Shown: positions 13,801 through 26,691 of the stretch, piece by piece
Position numbering within the stretch: the stretch's first letter is position 1
Layout of the letters: every line of letters starts with the position of its first letter
DNA from: Tubiluchus corallicola
Lineage: Eukaryota > Animalia > Priapulida
Length of the DNA: 64,000 bases
Reading direction: 5' to 3'
NCBI GenBank assembly: GCA_030141605.1
Contig: JAQGDQ010000273.1
Span: 247,135-311,134 of the forward strand
Notes under the pieces: generated by a model
What the model was told of the DNA's origin: nothing
The model's input: the letters and a program-made list of their open reading frames with translations, nothing else
Databases searched by the model: none
Made by a program: the position numbers and the translations under genes

Positions 13801-16800
13801 AAGGGAAAACAAGAAAACCACATAACATTACTTGATGTGTTTTACGACAAAAGCATAAAATAGAGTGCTCAAATTTATATAACCCCAAGCATTAGAAAAA
13901 ATGTGATTTTTGTTCACTATAACTGAATGAGAGTTATTGTTAATAAGTAAAGACTGAACATATTTCTATTTACTTATGCAAATCATTATGTAGCTGATTG
14001 CTGTCCTTAAGACAGAACTGGTAAAGAAGGCATCAAGCATAAAAAATGACATGAAAAATTATCATGAAGTTTTGGTTAGCAAACCTTAATTTATGCACAG
14101 TTTAGTTATACATATAATGATATTATCATACTGTATTTGATCTACTGTCATTCATAATTTTTTTTTAATTGTCTAAATTCATTTTATCTCATTTAGCGTT
14201 AATCACTGCATCATGTTTATATCACTGTATCTGTATAAATTTGCATTTTTGTTATCAAAATTTGTATATCTTCAATTGTGCATGGTTTAAATTAGTTACA
14301 CATATGTATTATCATAATTTGCTCCTACCATCGTTCAAAATTTAAATTTTTGCTTGAATTCTCATTCACTTATCATTATTTTTTGAATATCCACGTTATT
14401 ATTATTATGGATGAAATTATAAAATTCTGTGTGACTATTTTTAAATGACAAGAAGATTGTGGCTTTGCACACAATCACAACTTTCATTGTCTGTTTACAG
14501 TTCATTCAGTTTTATTTACTGCTTTGGTATATACTATTGATTTGTTTGTTCTTTAGATTTTTGTATATTTTTTCTTGAATTTACTTATTTTTTTTACTTA
14601 CTGTAATACATTGCTCTTTCACCACTAACATTAATACATAATTAGTTAAATTGACATGGGTGGCTAGACTACAAGATTATATGGTTTGTTCGCCACCCCG
14701 TCTATATAACTCTTTATTAAACTATACTGTATATAGGTTAGTATTACTAACACAACAGAGACAAATAAAAAAGATTGAATTGAATGGACAAGTTGCTTTC
14801 TATGTGTACTAAATTACAGTCAACATACGTAGATATTTTACTAATGTAGCAATTCACTACATAAATCAAAACGAAAAATATTAAAATGAAAGTATAATCA
14901 TGACAAAACATATTCCAGAAAAACAAGCTCAAACGATTATGTCCGTTTAGTGCTGTCACGATTAGTGACATTAATTAAAATAACTGTCGATTTATTAATA
15001 ACTGTCATAACCGTAAATTAAAATAACAAAAACAAACAAGATCAGGAAGCTAAAAATACTTGTTGGAACTCGGAACTTGCAATTAGCTGTGGAAGATAGT
15101 GTCAGAACTCTCGCTGCAGAGCCAACAGACATTGACGACTGTGCCAGTTTAAAGCCTCCATATTATTAAGGAAGATCTTCTGAGACGAGGCACTGAACTG
15201 GTAGAATTGGCTTAATTATTAATCGGTTATATAGTTTGAACTGAAAGACAGGCCATCATACATGAAAATGTATGGAATCAAATTTGTCGACAAACAGCCA
15301 GTCATTGTTTACTTAGTAGCCGACTAAACTTAAACGTTGAACTTCAATTTGTTGACTGCTTCGTCTCCCTTTAACTGGAACCTGGAAAATCTATACTATA
15401 CCTTCAACAGATGGTGAAAAGATTATTAGATAATCATAGACAAACTCCCCATAGCTTATCAATGCCAAATTTGGGTCATCAGCAGATTTAAAAGACAATT
15501 CATATCCACGATCTGAAAAAAGACAAAATTTTGTTTTATGAGTAAAAATTTGTATTCTTGTATTACTGAATAATGTTGATATTTAAATATACTTCTTCAA
15601 TAAATTCTGTAGTTGGAGCTTTTGTGCTACCCGAATTGTAGTTTGTACATTGTATTTGTAATATAATTAAATGGTATACTACAATGCTACTTCTTTTCTT
15701 CTTCTGTTGCTTTAACATAGCGTGTCTTGAAGACATTGGGCGTTCATCCTTTATTAGAGCAGGCTATTGTCTCCTGCCTGCAGCCAGAGTTATCAACTCC
15801 TATGACGTTAAATATTGTTAAGTTTGCTCTTAGCTGTTGTAGACTTTGGTTACTACTTTGGAAACAACAGTCGATATCCAAGTTGTTTTTGGTTTGCCTG
15901 GAAGTCAGTTGGCAGAACTTAATGCCTCAATTGATACTGGTGTTGTTTCTGGCAATCTCAAGAAACCAGGTTGGAAAACATACTGTGAAGCGTGCTAATG
16001 CCTGCGAGATATAAACACGCCACACCCTTTAACATAGCACTCCACAGCTAAGCCTATATCCGTCTAATTTTTCACGCTTATCATTATAAAACTTTTTATT
16101 AAAACGTAAAACTATACGTAGTTCATTTAATCTTCAGCCATATTCGTTCTGCAAATAGAATTCAATACAAACTTACATATCGTTTACCGGTCTTCACACG
16201 AACAAAATTTAATTTAATTGTTGAGTTACAGATCCTGATCAGTAATCATCCTGGTCATTGTGGTCAATCAAAATAATCATCAAACATCATTCATCAAACT
16301 CGAAAGGTCATAGATATATGTAATATTAGAGGCACAAAAACCAGAGGATGTATGAAAATAAACACATTATTGATACAACTAAGGCTATGTACAAATGCAG
16401 TGTTATTGACGGTTGTTGGGAGCAGAGCAGGACACTAGCCAAAGTAGGACAATTGGCGTATATGGACTAGCCCAAGTAGGACGCGTCGTACATAGGCTAA
16501 CGCAAGTAGGATGTGTTGTACATGAGCTGCCCAAGTAGGACACTAGAGACAGGTCATGAATTGAGTCGTTACCCATACTCGTCTGATGACTTTGTTTATT
16601 TAATAATAATACTTGAAAACATCAATACACGTTGCATAATTTATTATATTAATTTATTATACATGTGATAAAATAAAATAATTTTATTCTGAGCTAGTAG
16701 AATGATCTATATTAAATTTGGCTTCGATATTAATCTTTTAGAAGTGAACTAAGCCCGCTTTTTAGGCGGGTCCAACATTTAGTTTTTTTATTTTGTCTCA

Positions 16801-17593
16801 CTTCACAGAGAGGTGGTCAGTTTCACTACCTCTTGGACAAATAAATGTTTTCTACTAAGTAAACGGGCTGGCGAGCTATGTGCCCTACATAGTTTCTCTC
16901 TTTAAAGCATTGGATATTTAGTTTAATGTTATAATGACATTAATGGAGCTAATAATTATGATGATATTATTTTAAAAAATGCATTTGTAAATTGTCAAGA
17001 ACTATCCATCATTATTATAAAGTTACTTTTTTCCTAAAACAAGTTTAAATTTAGGCAGGTCTAACATTACGTTCATGCCAATTTTCTGATACCACGTCTA
17101 TGCCAACAAAAAATTTTACGCCCGGATAAATACCAAATTTTCCGCACGAATTCCAGCTTCAGACTACAGTTTACAGATTTTAATTTTACTACAGGCTACA
17201 GTACTACTACTAGTACTACTACTAGTACTACTGCTCCAGACGGATGGACTAAAGTTGCTCTTTGGTCCTGTCGTACAGCTGCCTGAATGAAATGATAAAC
17301 GTCTTCCGTGCAAACTAAGGAATATATCTATAATACTACTATAGTCTATATAATCTAATTTGTACTTGTACGCCTACAATAGTATAACAATTATGAATTA
17401 ACATTATACCGGTATAATACACGTACAGTAAAAAAACAACTATACACTTACCAACCATAGAACGAAAGAAAACAGAATGTGTCTCCCTAATTGACATGTT
17501 ATCAACTAACACTAGTGTCCGCTTCGCCGCATTTGCTACAACAAGAATCGAAAAAAACATCACAACATTTACCATACACGTGGAAGGCGCCAT
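7831..17593 (-). CDS. DDOST: Oligosaccharyltransferase 48-kDa subunit (OST48/WBP1), complete gene, 9 exons, 437 aa
   Basis: Exons 17593-17452, 15512-15402, 13622-13432, 12876-12685, 11778-11633, 10928-10781, 10104-9984, 8672-8566, 7986-7831; phases are compatible (1314 nt). Motifs: signal peptide, [126 protein letters not shown], a TM helix and the C-terminal KEKGE dilysine ER signal. Confidence 0.97.
15689..16040 (-). mobile_element. Degenerate non-LTR retrotransposon 3' end in DDOST intron 1
   Basis: The minus strand reads ...[12 protein letters not shown]... (GRPKTTW-like LINE C-terminal motif) followed by a (GAA)n-like tail. Confidence 0.45.
16430..16547. repeat. Short degenerate ~30-32-bp tandem repeat (core ccaagtaggac); related copy at ~36448-36532
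   Basis: Four units with core (c/a)caagtagga; similar units (gggctgcccaagtaagac) occur at 36.5 kb. Confidence 0.65.
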
Positions 17594-17935
17594 TTTCACA
17601 AAACTTGTAGCTATGTCGGTATCGATGCGCAAGAATGCTAGTGCAAGAAATCTGTGGAAATTTTATTTCAAATGTAGAAGTAAGTTGGAACACAAAACCA
17701 TTCGTGCTAAATAAATTACATATTGTAGTTGAGGCTAAAATACTGTTAATGTTTTAACTTAAAATTAATTAAACGAGACTAAAATTTTATAGACTATTTT
17801 TTTAGTTGAGCATTAACATCATGGACTACGCGGTAGCTACTAGAGCGGAAAGGTTTTGTTGAAAAATTAAAGCTTCATGAAGATCAAATGTAACTAATTA
17901 AAATTCAAGAAAATAATACTGATAAACTGCAGAAA
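17594..17935. promoter_or_regulatory. Probable bidirectional promoter region shared by DDOST and the DNMT3-like gene
   Basis: DDOST ATG is at 17593 (minus). The DNMT3-like large exon starts after a splice acceptor (tttctttttacag, 19467), so a 5'-UTR exon probably lies between ~17.6 and 19.4 kb. Inference only. Confidence 0.45.
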
Positions 17936-18204
17936 GTGTATTGTAGACCGTATTATTGCATGGAGCAGAACGGCGCACGTGTTTCCAGGTGTCCAAATTA
18001 TCTTGCCCAGTACACTTACCATAATCCAGAGATGGGGGGGTATTGGCATAAATGCTATTTGCCCCTCCACTATACTGAACTAACTAAAACTGAGATTTTG
18101 AATGTAGTGGCACCACCGCAGATAGAAGAAGGTCATGCTATCAGAACACTCCCGCCTCTTTGCAGATGACACACGTTCCTTCCTATATGATTGCAATTTA
18201 CATC

Positions 18205-18925
18205 TACTCCGAAAACCGTGTCAATATCGAATTAGCAAAAATTAACACTTGTTTGATGGCAAACAAACTATCTGTTAACTTCAGTAAAACTAAATTTACG
18301 TTGACTGGTAAAAAATTTAATGTGCTGAAAGAAATGCGTTTGAAGTTAGGATAATTTAGCATAGGCAAATTGTATCAAATACCTTGGTCTTGAAATTCAT
18401 AATGATATGACGTGGCGATCACACATTAACTCTATAACAATGAGGTTGGACAAAACAGCTGGTATATTTGCCAAACTGCACTAACTACTGCATTAATACA
18501 CCCGTCCTTAGAATGACTTACTATGCCCTAGTATATCCCTACTTGCAGTATTGTGTGTTGTCATGGGGAAAATAAGCACTACATCTTGCAGCCATTGGTT
18601 GTTGCACAAAATAGAATAGTTAAGCTGATTATGTTTAGTAACTATCAAGCTCATGCCACACCCTTATACTTTCAACTGAAACTTTTAAAGCTGCGAGATA
18701 TCTATTATTTAAAGTTATTTAAATTCACGTTCAAATTTAACAATGACTTGTTGCCTAGTCTTTATGAAAACTATTTCTTAAAAATATATAACATTCATTC
18801 TTATTACACACTGTTCTCAAAAGAAGGACATTACTCTCAGCCCCGCTTTAATACCCAGCATGGCCTCAACAGTTTGCAACATAATGGGTCAAGTTGTGGA
18901 ACTACCTCCCTAGTCATATAACAGT
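18205..18925 (+). mobile_element. Degenerate CR1/L2 (Crack-like) LINE ORF2 3' fragment
   Basis: Broken frames read IELAKINTCLMANKLSVNFSKTKF..., YLGL..., YYALVYPYL..., QNRIVKLIMFSNYQAHATPLYFQLKLLKLRDIY (RT thumb and C-terminal region). Confidence 0.8.
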
Positions 18926-19551
18926 TAATCAGTCCCTTCAAACAGCATCAAAAATATTGTTTTTACTTAATTGCGAAATATGTGGGCTTGTAAAAATAGT
19001 TTAAAGTGTATATCTTATTCTTTTTGTGCTATTATGTATATATATATATATAATGAAAAAATATAAAAAATCAAAAAATATCCACAATCATAACAAAAAA
19101 TTGTAATTGCTTTAATAAGCTAAATTTCAAAAATTACTATAGAAAAAATACTTTAAACTTTACCCAAAAGTAAGCATTTGCATGCAGCATTTACCTTGCA
19201 ATATATACATGTATACAGAAAACACCAGTATAACACATAACTAAAGCAGTCAGGGTGTTTAAGAGGATTCGAAATTTTGATAGAATTGTTAAATTTACTG
19301 CTGCTGAATACAATAAAAGACAAATTTTTCTTATTATGCTAACTATTAGGTTTTTTAATCTAGAGGTTTTATAAGGAACTTACATGATGCAATAAAATTT
19401 GAATAACTTGTGTTAATATAATTTGCTTATCACCATTTACATAAATCCAGTACATTTCTTTTTACAGCTGAAATCTTGAAATCTACAACTACGACTTGCC
19501 ACAAAAGCTACAACTATGCTTGCAATCCGTAGTTGAAACCCAAGTTATGCA

Positions 19552-22500
19552 ATGAATCTTGTTAAACTGCGAAGAAAAAGAAAACTTGCCACTTACACTT
19601 CAAACAAAATTAGAAAGCGTAATGCCACCACTGCTACAAAACTAACAAAGATAAGATTGCGCGAGGCAAGTTCTATTAAACGACGACCAACAAAACAGAC
19701 ATTTGTGAACAGGGCGAGTAATATCTTTGAACAAGAAATTCACTTTTCAAAACCTCCGTCCTTTGCAAAAAGTTTCGCAAAGCCGCAGACCAAAGAAGCA
19801 GATCTTACAAAGCCTCAATTTAATACATATAAGGAAGATTTACTAATGACTGTGGTCACCGAGACAGATTCGAGTTTAAATGTAAATCGCAGAGTCACTA
19901 GGAGCTTATCACGTAAACAACAGTCACAAAACAATGTCATCATTCAGGAGAACCATTCACAACATATTTTGTCTAATCAAAGTTGTGCGGTGAACAAATC
20001 TTCTCAATCTGTTACTAAACTACCAATGAGTAAAGCCTTAAAGATCTTACCTATATCCCAAGAAGCAAAGCATCCAACTGATCCGAAGTCGTCAAAAATC
20101 AAAAATCGTGGAAGCCAAAGAGCAGCAAGCAAAAACACATCAACCAAGGTAAAACAAGGGAGAACCAGATCTACGCTAACCAGTGGAACCACTCCGTTTT
20201 ATATAAGTGCTTTCAATGATTTTGGCCAGGAAAGCATTTCTCCGTTAGTTTTTAATTCAAGAGCTTGGGTTTCTCAAAAGAGTTCCAAATGTCGTTCAGC
20301 TAGAAAACTGTATAAATCACCTTCCTCACCAGTGGTTGTTACTTCTAGTGACCAAGATGATGATGTTAAATCAATATGTGAACTAAACAATGCGAATATC
20401 AAGAAAAAACATTTTGGTGGAAAGAGTGTCAAAGGTTCACCTGCGTATAGCAGCAAAAATACAAAACAAGAGATTGAGAAGCCCCCTATGTTCCCAAAAT
20501 CATCAGCTGGGCATGCTTGTCATTTCCATCATTCGCGGAAAGGAATACCCGATTCAGCCGATGGCGGTGTCGGTACTCAGATGATCGCTAACAAAATTGA
20601 CGAAGGAAATGTGACATGTCAAACAACCCTAGGTTTGACAGATGCCTCTGTAACATCAATAAATTCCATGATCTCCATGACAGTGTCTGACGGGAAAAGT
20701 TGGCAGGAAGTTGAAGCTGACGAACCACACCAGCTCAGCATTTCAGAAACAGTTGATGCTAAAGATGTGACATGTTGTAACTGTAACAACATTTCTATAT
20801 CTAGTCATCATACTCACGAAGTTGAGGCACAACTTCAAGAATCACTTGTTCAGGTTAGTGTTTCAGAAACGGATAACGTTAAAACTTTTACCAATAGTAG
20901 GAACGATTCTATTTGTATTTCTTCTCCTTGGATGCAAGAATTTGAAGCTGATTCCCTGGAAGTAGATAGATCTGCAAAGTTGCTAACATATCAGCAACTT
21001 GCAAAACAAAATCCGTTTCTACCTTACCGTCCTTGTGAAGGAGAATGCGTTTCGGTGGTTGTTAATGGCAGGCTTCACAAGTGTATTGTCTCCCAGTGCT
21101 TTCCTGAAGGAGCCTTTCTGTGCAACTTCGACGGGTGCAAAACAGATGAATTTTTTCAGTACCTTGTAACTCCTGAGAAGTCACTCCCAGAATTCAGGCT
21201 ACACAATGCTGTAGTTGACACCAAAAATAATGAAACTGCATTTAACGTTGATACTTGCAAGTCTGAAAAATCGGTGGAGTATTGTAAAAATTATAGTTTA
21301 GCTTGGGCGAGTGAAAATATATGTTGTGCCCCACAGTTATCACCTGTAACTTCCTCTGGTGAGTTAACTCAGCAAATGAACAGCTGTGTTGAAGATAGTT
21401 CACTTGTAGATTTCTTGAAAATTCTTGACTGTAATGAATGTTTTAGTGTTGACAAAAGTAGCAGTCACAACGCAGTCAGTGCCAAAGGAGCTAATGGCTC
21501 TGAGTCAGCAACATCAGGTGAATACTTGCAAAGACGTGCAGATGATGCTGCAGCAGAACACTCCACCTCTAGCGTAAGTAGTAATAGTACTACGAACTGT
21601 TCAGAAGATCTTTCAGTATTACAACCATTTGAAGAAACATACTGCAACAACAGCGAGTTGAAAAAAACTGAAGCAGATATTGTGGTGCACAGTGAAAAGA
21701 AGTCATTAGAATGTGACACTTCAAAAGAAATGGAACAGATTAGTGATGAACCGTTCGTTATGATTTATAATGAAAACTCTATCAACAATGTGAAGACAGT
21801 TGAAAACAAACAAAATTTGTCTCGTGAGTTGGAAGAGTTTAACTTTCAACAGCTAGATGGTGGTGAGATTTTCTTTAAGCTTCCCCAGAAGAAAACAAAG
21901 AAAGAATTTGTTATGTATGAGCCATCCAGTATAAATGGAACCATGACAAACAATTTACCAAAATGCAGTGTCAAAGAGATTTCTCTTTTGGATGGGCAAA
22001 CAATGCCTTTTTCTGGTATGTCATTGGAAGTTAAGTTACCAACTGTGGTTGTTAATGAAAGTGCAAGAAAATGTCTTGCATCTTCATCCAGAAGGCATGG
22101 CTGTGAAACAAAAGACTCGCTGTGTAGTCCACTACCTACTCCATGTTTCACTAGCACGCCTGATAATGATCGACATATACTGAAGCTTAGCAGTGCAGAG
22201 AGTTGTGAAAGTGAATCTAAAACTGCTGAAAAGCAATCACTTGTTTTTTATGACAGTGGAGCCAATCACTCACACGCAAACAAAGACTTTGGAAGTAGGT
22301 CTCCAACAGCCACTCGCCATGTTACAAATTTTAATTCTTGCTCTGGCATGTGTTTAAATGAACACATTTCACCCATGACCAGTAGTAATTCGTTGGATAT
22401 AAATCAGACCACAAGTAACTCTTATATAAATAAATGTGCCATAGAACAGTCGTTTCATTCAGTTATGGACATTGTTAATATCGAAAGCCCAGACATCACT

Positions 22501-25451
22501 ACTAATTTTGCTGTTAGCGCTACTGACTCGAATATTTTTACCAACAAACGTAAAGGCAGTGATAGTGTCTCTTCTGAAACTGCTAAAGACTTTTTAGATT
22601 GTTTATCCAACTCAACCACATGCAGTTTGATAGATGAGTCACTGTTCTTTGATGATCAGTGCATTTTTATGAAACACGGTAGTACTGAAGCTCTAGCAAA
22701 ACAAGTGGTTGTGACTGCCAAAAATGGGGCTAAAAATGTTGAGAAACAGGTTGCCCAAATGGTGGATGACATTGTACAACAAGTGGATGTCAGTAATGAT
22801 GAACGATTAGGAAGTATGATAAATCAAATGGAAAATTCCACAATAATGAACAAAGTACCTGATGCAGCACCAGTTTATACTGATGAAAATAACATTTTCG
22901 AAAATGCACCAATACATTTTAATCAAACAGACGATATTTTTATTTGCGAACAGAGTAATGGAGACAACAACTTGGCAAGTAAAAGTGAGTCAACATTGCG
23001 CAAGACTGCTTTTAGTACAACTCAGAAATCTGATTCAGGCTTTTTTGCAATTGGTAATAAATGTCAAACGTGTAAGCAACAAATGTTCAGTTTAGAAAGC
23101 AGAGGTTTTCCTAGAGACACAAATGAGCTGTCCCAAAATGTACAAGTACTTTGTAGTGCATCTTTGCAGAATTTAAGACAAATTAATAGAAAGGGTATAA
23201 GACAAGCTAAGCTCAAAGAAGTTCAAATGCACGATGCATGTGCATCTTCAAGTTGCATTCATATTGATAATGAGCAAGCGTCAGTACCATTGTACAGTGG
23301 CACAGGAACTACCAATTTAAGGAAAATATACGATGAAAAGAACGAGAAACCACCACCTGCATTTGGATTCAGTAGTATGTGTGAGGATTATGATCTAAAT
23401 AGAATAATTCAAAATGATACTGGCATTGCCCTTAAAAAACCAGACAGTTCCAAACACGTTCTCGTTGATGCAATGTCAGGAAACTCTGGGAATATTGATA
23501 AAAGTGAAGCACGACGACTTTCACACCCTTCTGATACTATTATTGATGGTATTCCAACCTTAGAAACTATTGAATCTGAAGAAAGGTCAACCTTGATGTC
23601 TAAAATGGCAAGCTCTTTAGAAGTAGATGAAGAAAAGGAGAACATGCCTGTTGAACGTAAGTCGAATTACAATACAAATCAGTCAGCAATACCAGAAGAA
23701 TGTCCTCATGCATTTGCGAGAAACGATGATAAAAAGGATGGTGCTGACAACCTTTGTAAATTTTTACCCAACAGGGAGCTGCGAAGTCTGTTAACTGGTG
23801 GTGGGGAAAGTCTGTTTTCAATAATAAATTCCCCAAGGCGACTGACGAGGCAGAAGAAGCTATCTGGTGTTTCTCGAAAACTTGACGACTATGGTTGTTT
23901 ACCTACATTGAAGTCTGGGAACAGTCCTTCGGCCAGGAATAAAAGAATACGTGACGTCACTGTTCAACTTGTTGACTGTTACAGTTCATCCGAAAGTTCT
24001 CATGGCTTCTCTCCAGAAAGACCTCAGCGAAATTTTAATAAGTACTTTGGCAGCTCTGAAGGTTTGACAGATTGTACTGAATGCATGCAAAATGTTAAAA
24101 CTCAGTCTGCCCCGAACCCATCTTCATCGCTTGTATCTCCTGGTATTGGTACAAAACGAAAAACTTTCCATGGGAGAAACCTAAACTGGCCTACAGCAAA
24201 ACGGGCAAAGCTTGTCAGCGAGCTGAACACAGAAAATGAGCAATATCTTATTGGTAAGAAACAAGTCCATTCTTCTGGTTACGAATGCCCATCTCCGAAA
24301 AAGAGAAGATCAGCTGAACGTCATCTAGGAAAACTCGAGCAACAGCCATCATCTCTTTGTCCAGTAAGTTCAGCATTTAATAAATACATTTATTTTATTA
24401 GCAGTGAATTTTTTCTAAAGAGTATGGGGAATTTTGTTTATGAATGATTGTTTATCACTCAAATTTGTTTATTTTTATTTGTGCAGGAAATTATCATCTC
24501 TACTATTTTCTTCTGCAGGCATCTGTAGCTCTTGGTTCACTTGTGTGGGCGAAGCTTGGTTTTTATCCTTGGTGGCCGGCAATGATCATCAGTCATATGG
24601 ACTGTGGACAGAACAGCACTTCATCTACAGCTTCTTGGGTATTCTGGTTTGGTGACCATAAAGTATCTGAGGTATGTATGTGAAACATGTTTAAGCTAAC
24701 TGTTTATTTGCTAATTTTTAAATGCAGGTAGTAATTTTTGCAATCTCGGCGGTGTATCAATTGTTAAGAAATAGTCCTAGCTGCAAATTTCCTGTTCTAG
24801 CCACTGCAAATTTGCTGTTCTTACCATTCGTATGGGAAAATATGATATCAAGTACCTGTTTAATTTGCGAGTTTAGTAAACACTTGCAGTGAATTTAGGT
24901 CCTAGCATGGAGCTCAATGTCTCTAAATAAACGCAGTTGTCATATCGATATTTACTTTATGAAGAGAAATTTGGAGTGACTTCACAGTATTTTACTATGT
25001 GTACTCGTTTTGGGACAAACTTTGAAAACTTATTCACTGAATATTTAATAATGTAGTACATGTAACTATAGTAATTAATTGCTGCTTATTTTTTATGGGT
25101 ATAGCCTGCATTTAAAGAATTCTAGGAAGTTGAAATACTATAAGTTTTTATTTTGTTTATATATTGTGTTTGCTTATAATGTTGTGATGTATATCTGGAT
25201 ATAGAGAGAACGGAAAAAAGATAAGTTTTATTCTATTGCAGATAATAATAATTGTCCAGTTGGAGCTTTCAAATTATATTGCGCTTTGTAACTTTGATTA
25301 ACAGTGTTTGTCAATTAGCTAACACAAACAAATTTGTGTAATTTAGTTACCTCATTGGAGACTGGCAGATTTTGTAAAAGAATTCTCAAGTTTGCTGTGC
25401 AGAGCAACATACAAAAAGATGTATCAGCTGGCTCTAGAAGAAATCTTACTG
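19552..25451 (+). CDS. DNMT3: DNA (cytosine-5)-methyltransferase 3-like gene, 5' part: giant N-terminal exon plus PWWP domain
   Basis: Coding exons 19552-24363 (1604 codons, donor cca|gtaagt), 24519-24671 (ASVALGSLVWAKLGFYPWWPAMIISHMDCGQNSTSSTASWVFWFGDHKVSE) and 25347-25451 (LPHWRLADFVKEFSSLLCRATYKKMYQLALEEILL), all phase 0. These resemble the DNMT3 PWWP (LVWGKL..WWP, WVMWFGDGKFS, ATYNKQPMYRKAIYEVL). Confidence 0.88.
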
Positions 25452-26656
25452 GTATAGCACCTTGTTAATGACAGTTCAATGTTAAATTTACATTCTTGTA
25501 TACATAAGCTTTGGCTGTGCTGCTTAAATTAGTGCTAATGTAGTTCACATCATAAATAGATCAGCTGTTGAGTTGTTTATGTAACTTAATGCATAAGAAA
25601 GCACTCTTCAGAAATAAAGATCAACAAATTCAGTTTGCAGTTTTATATCACTTGCATGCTGTCTTACTGCATGCACAGCTTGCATTAACAATAACACTGC
25701 ATAAAACATGTAAATTTAAACTCCCGCGATGACCGTTAGATGCAGGCATTCTAATGGTAACAAATTTTAAAACAAGTTTAGATGACACTGCATAAATCAG
25801 AGCAGTCGTGGCACACTCTTCTCTATCTAAATAATCGTTTAAATTACTTTGTATTGTCAATAAAATCAATAATGCGTTTTTGGTGAATCAATGGTGCACA
25901 CTGGGATGGCATTGCAGTGCCCTATATTTTACTAGGTGACACGAATATTTTAAATTTTTAAGAATTTTGTTTTACAAATACATACGCCTTTCAAACAGCT
26001 AAGCGCAATGCTATTTATGTGACTTTGTATAGTAAGTTTTTAGGATATAATTTAAAATTTCCTTTTCTTTCCCTTTAACAAAATGGTAAAAGTTAGTGAT
26101 GACTAGTTATGTGTTATTGTAGATTTCGCTTTTGTGTGCACATGCTGTGACACACTGTAAATCGGAATAAGGCACTCAGCATCAAGCCCTAGCACTAATT
26201 TTGAATGCTTGTGGCATGACTGGAACTTTGCTCATTATCAGAGATAATGCTTTAAGATGAGAAACTGAATCAGTACTGGTGTCTTAATCACATTTAGATG
26301 TGTATTGCCTTACTCAACAAGAGGAAGCATAGCTGGAAGCAGTGTTAAGGCCCATTTTTACTAGCGTTTTTCTCACTGCCTTTAACGTGGCATTTTTAAC
26401 GCTCAGTGAAAATGAATATCGCTTTTTAGAATGCTTCAGTGTTTTCACTAGCAGCTTGTTTGCTGAGTTTTTAGATGTCGCTGTGTGAGAGTTTTGTGTA
26501 CGGTTGTACACAGGTATACCATATACTTACTTTTTAATTCATTGATAAATAATACATTGCATATAGCCGTGTCTCTTTTTTTTCCCACTCAAATGTCTTG
26601 TTTTTCTTGGCATATTGATTCAACAATTTGCAATATACACACGTCTTCACATCAAA
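25260..26656 (+). repeat. Left arm of ~1.4-kb inverted duplication (contains DNMT3 coding exon 3)
   Basis: Reverse complement of ~29006-30400; about 2% divergent by manual count; ORFs 25648-25869(-) and 29795-30016(+) mirror each other. Confidence 0.95.
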
Positions 26657-26691
26657 CTACAGAACTGTTTTGAAAAAAAGGAGCTACTTAC

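Noticed and set aside
24364-24447. C-terminal 27 codons of the 1631-aa ORF
   Set aside because: Read-through into the intron after the cca|gtaagt donor; the phase-0 join to the PWWP exon is much better supported.
25648-25869. Apparently conserved 73-aa ORF pair (with 29795-30016)
   Set aside because: The identity reflects the recent inverted duplication of intron sequence, not coding constraint.
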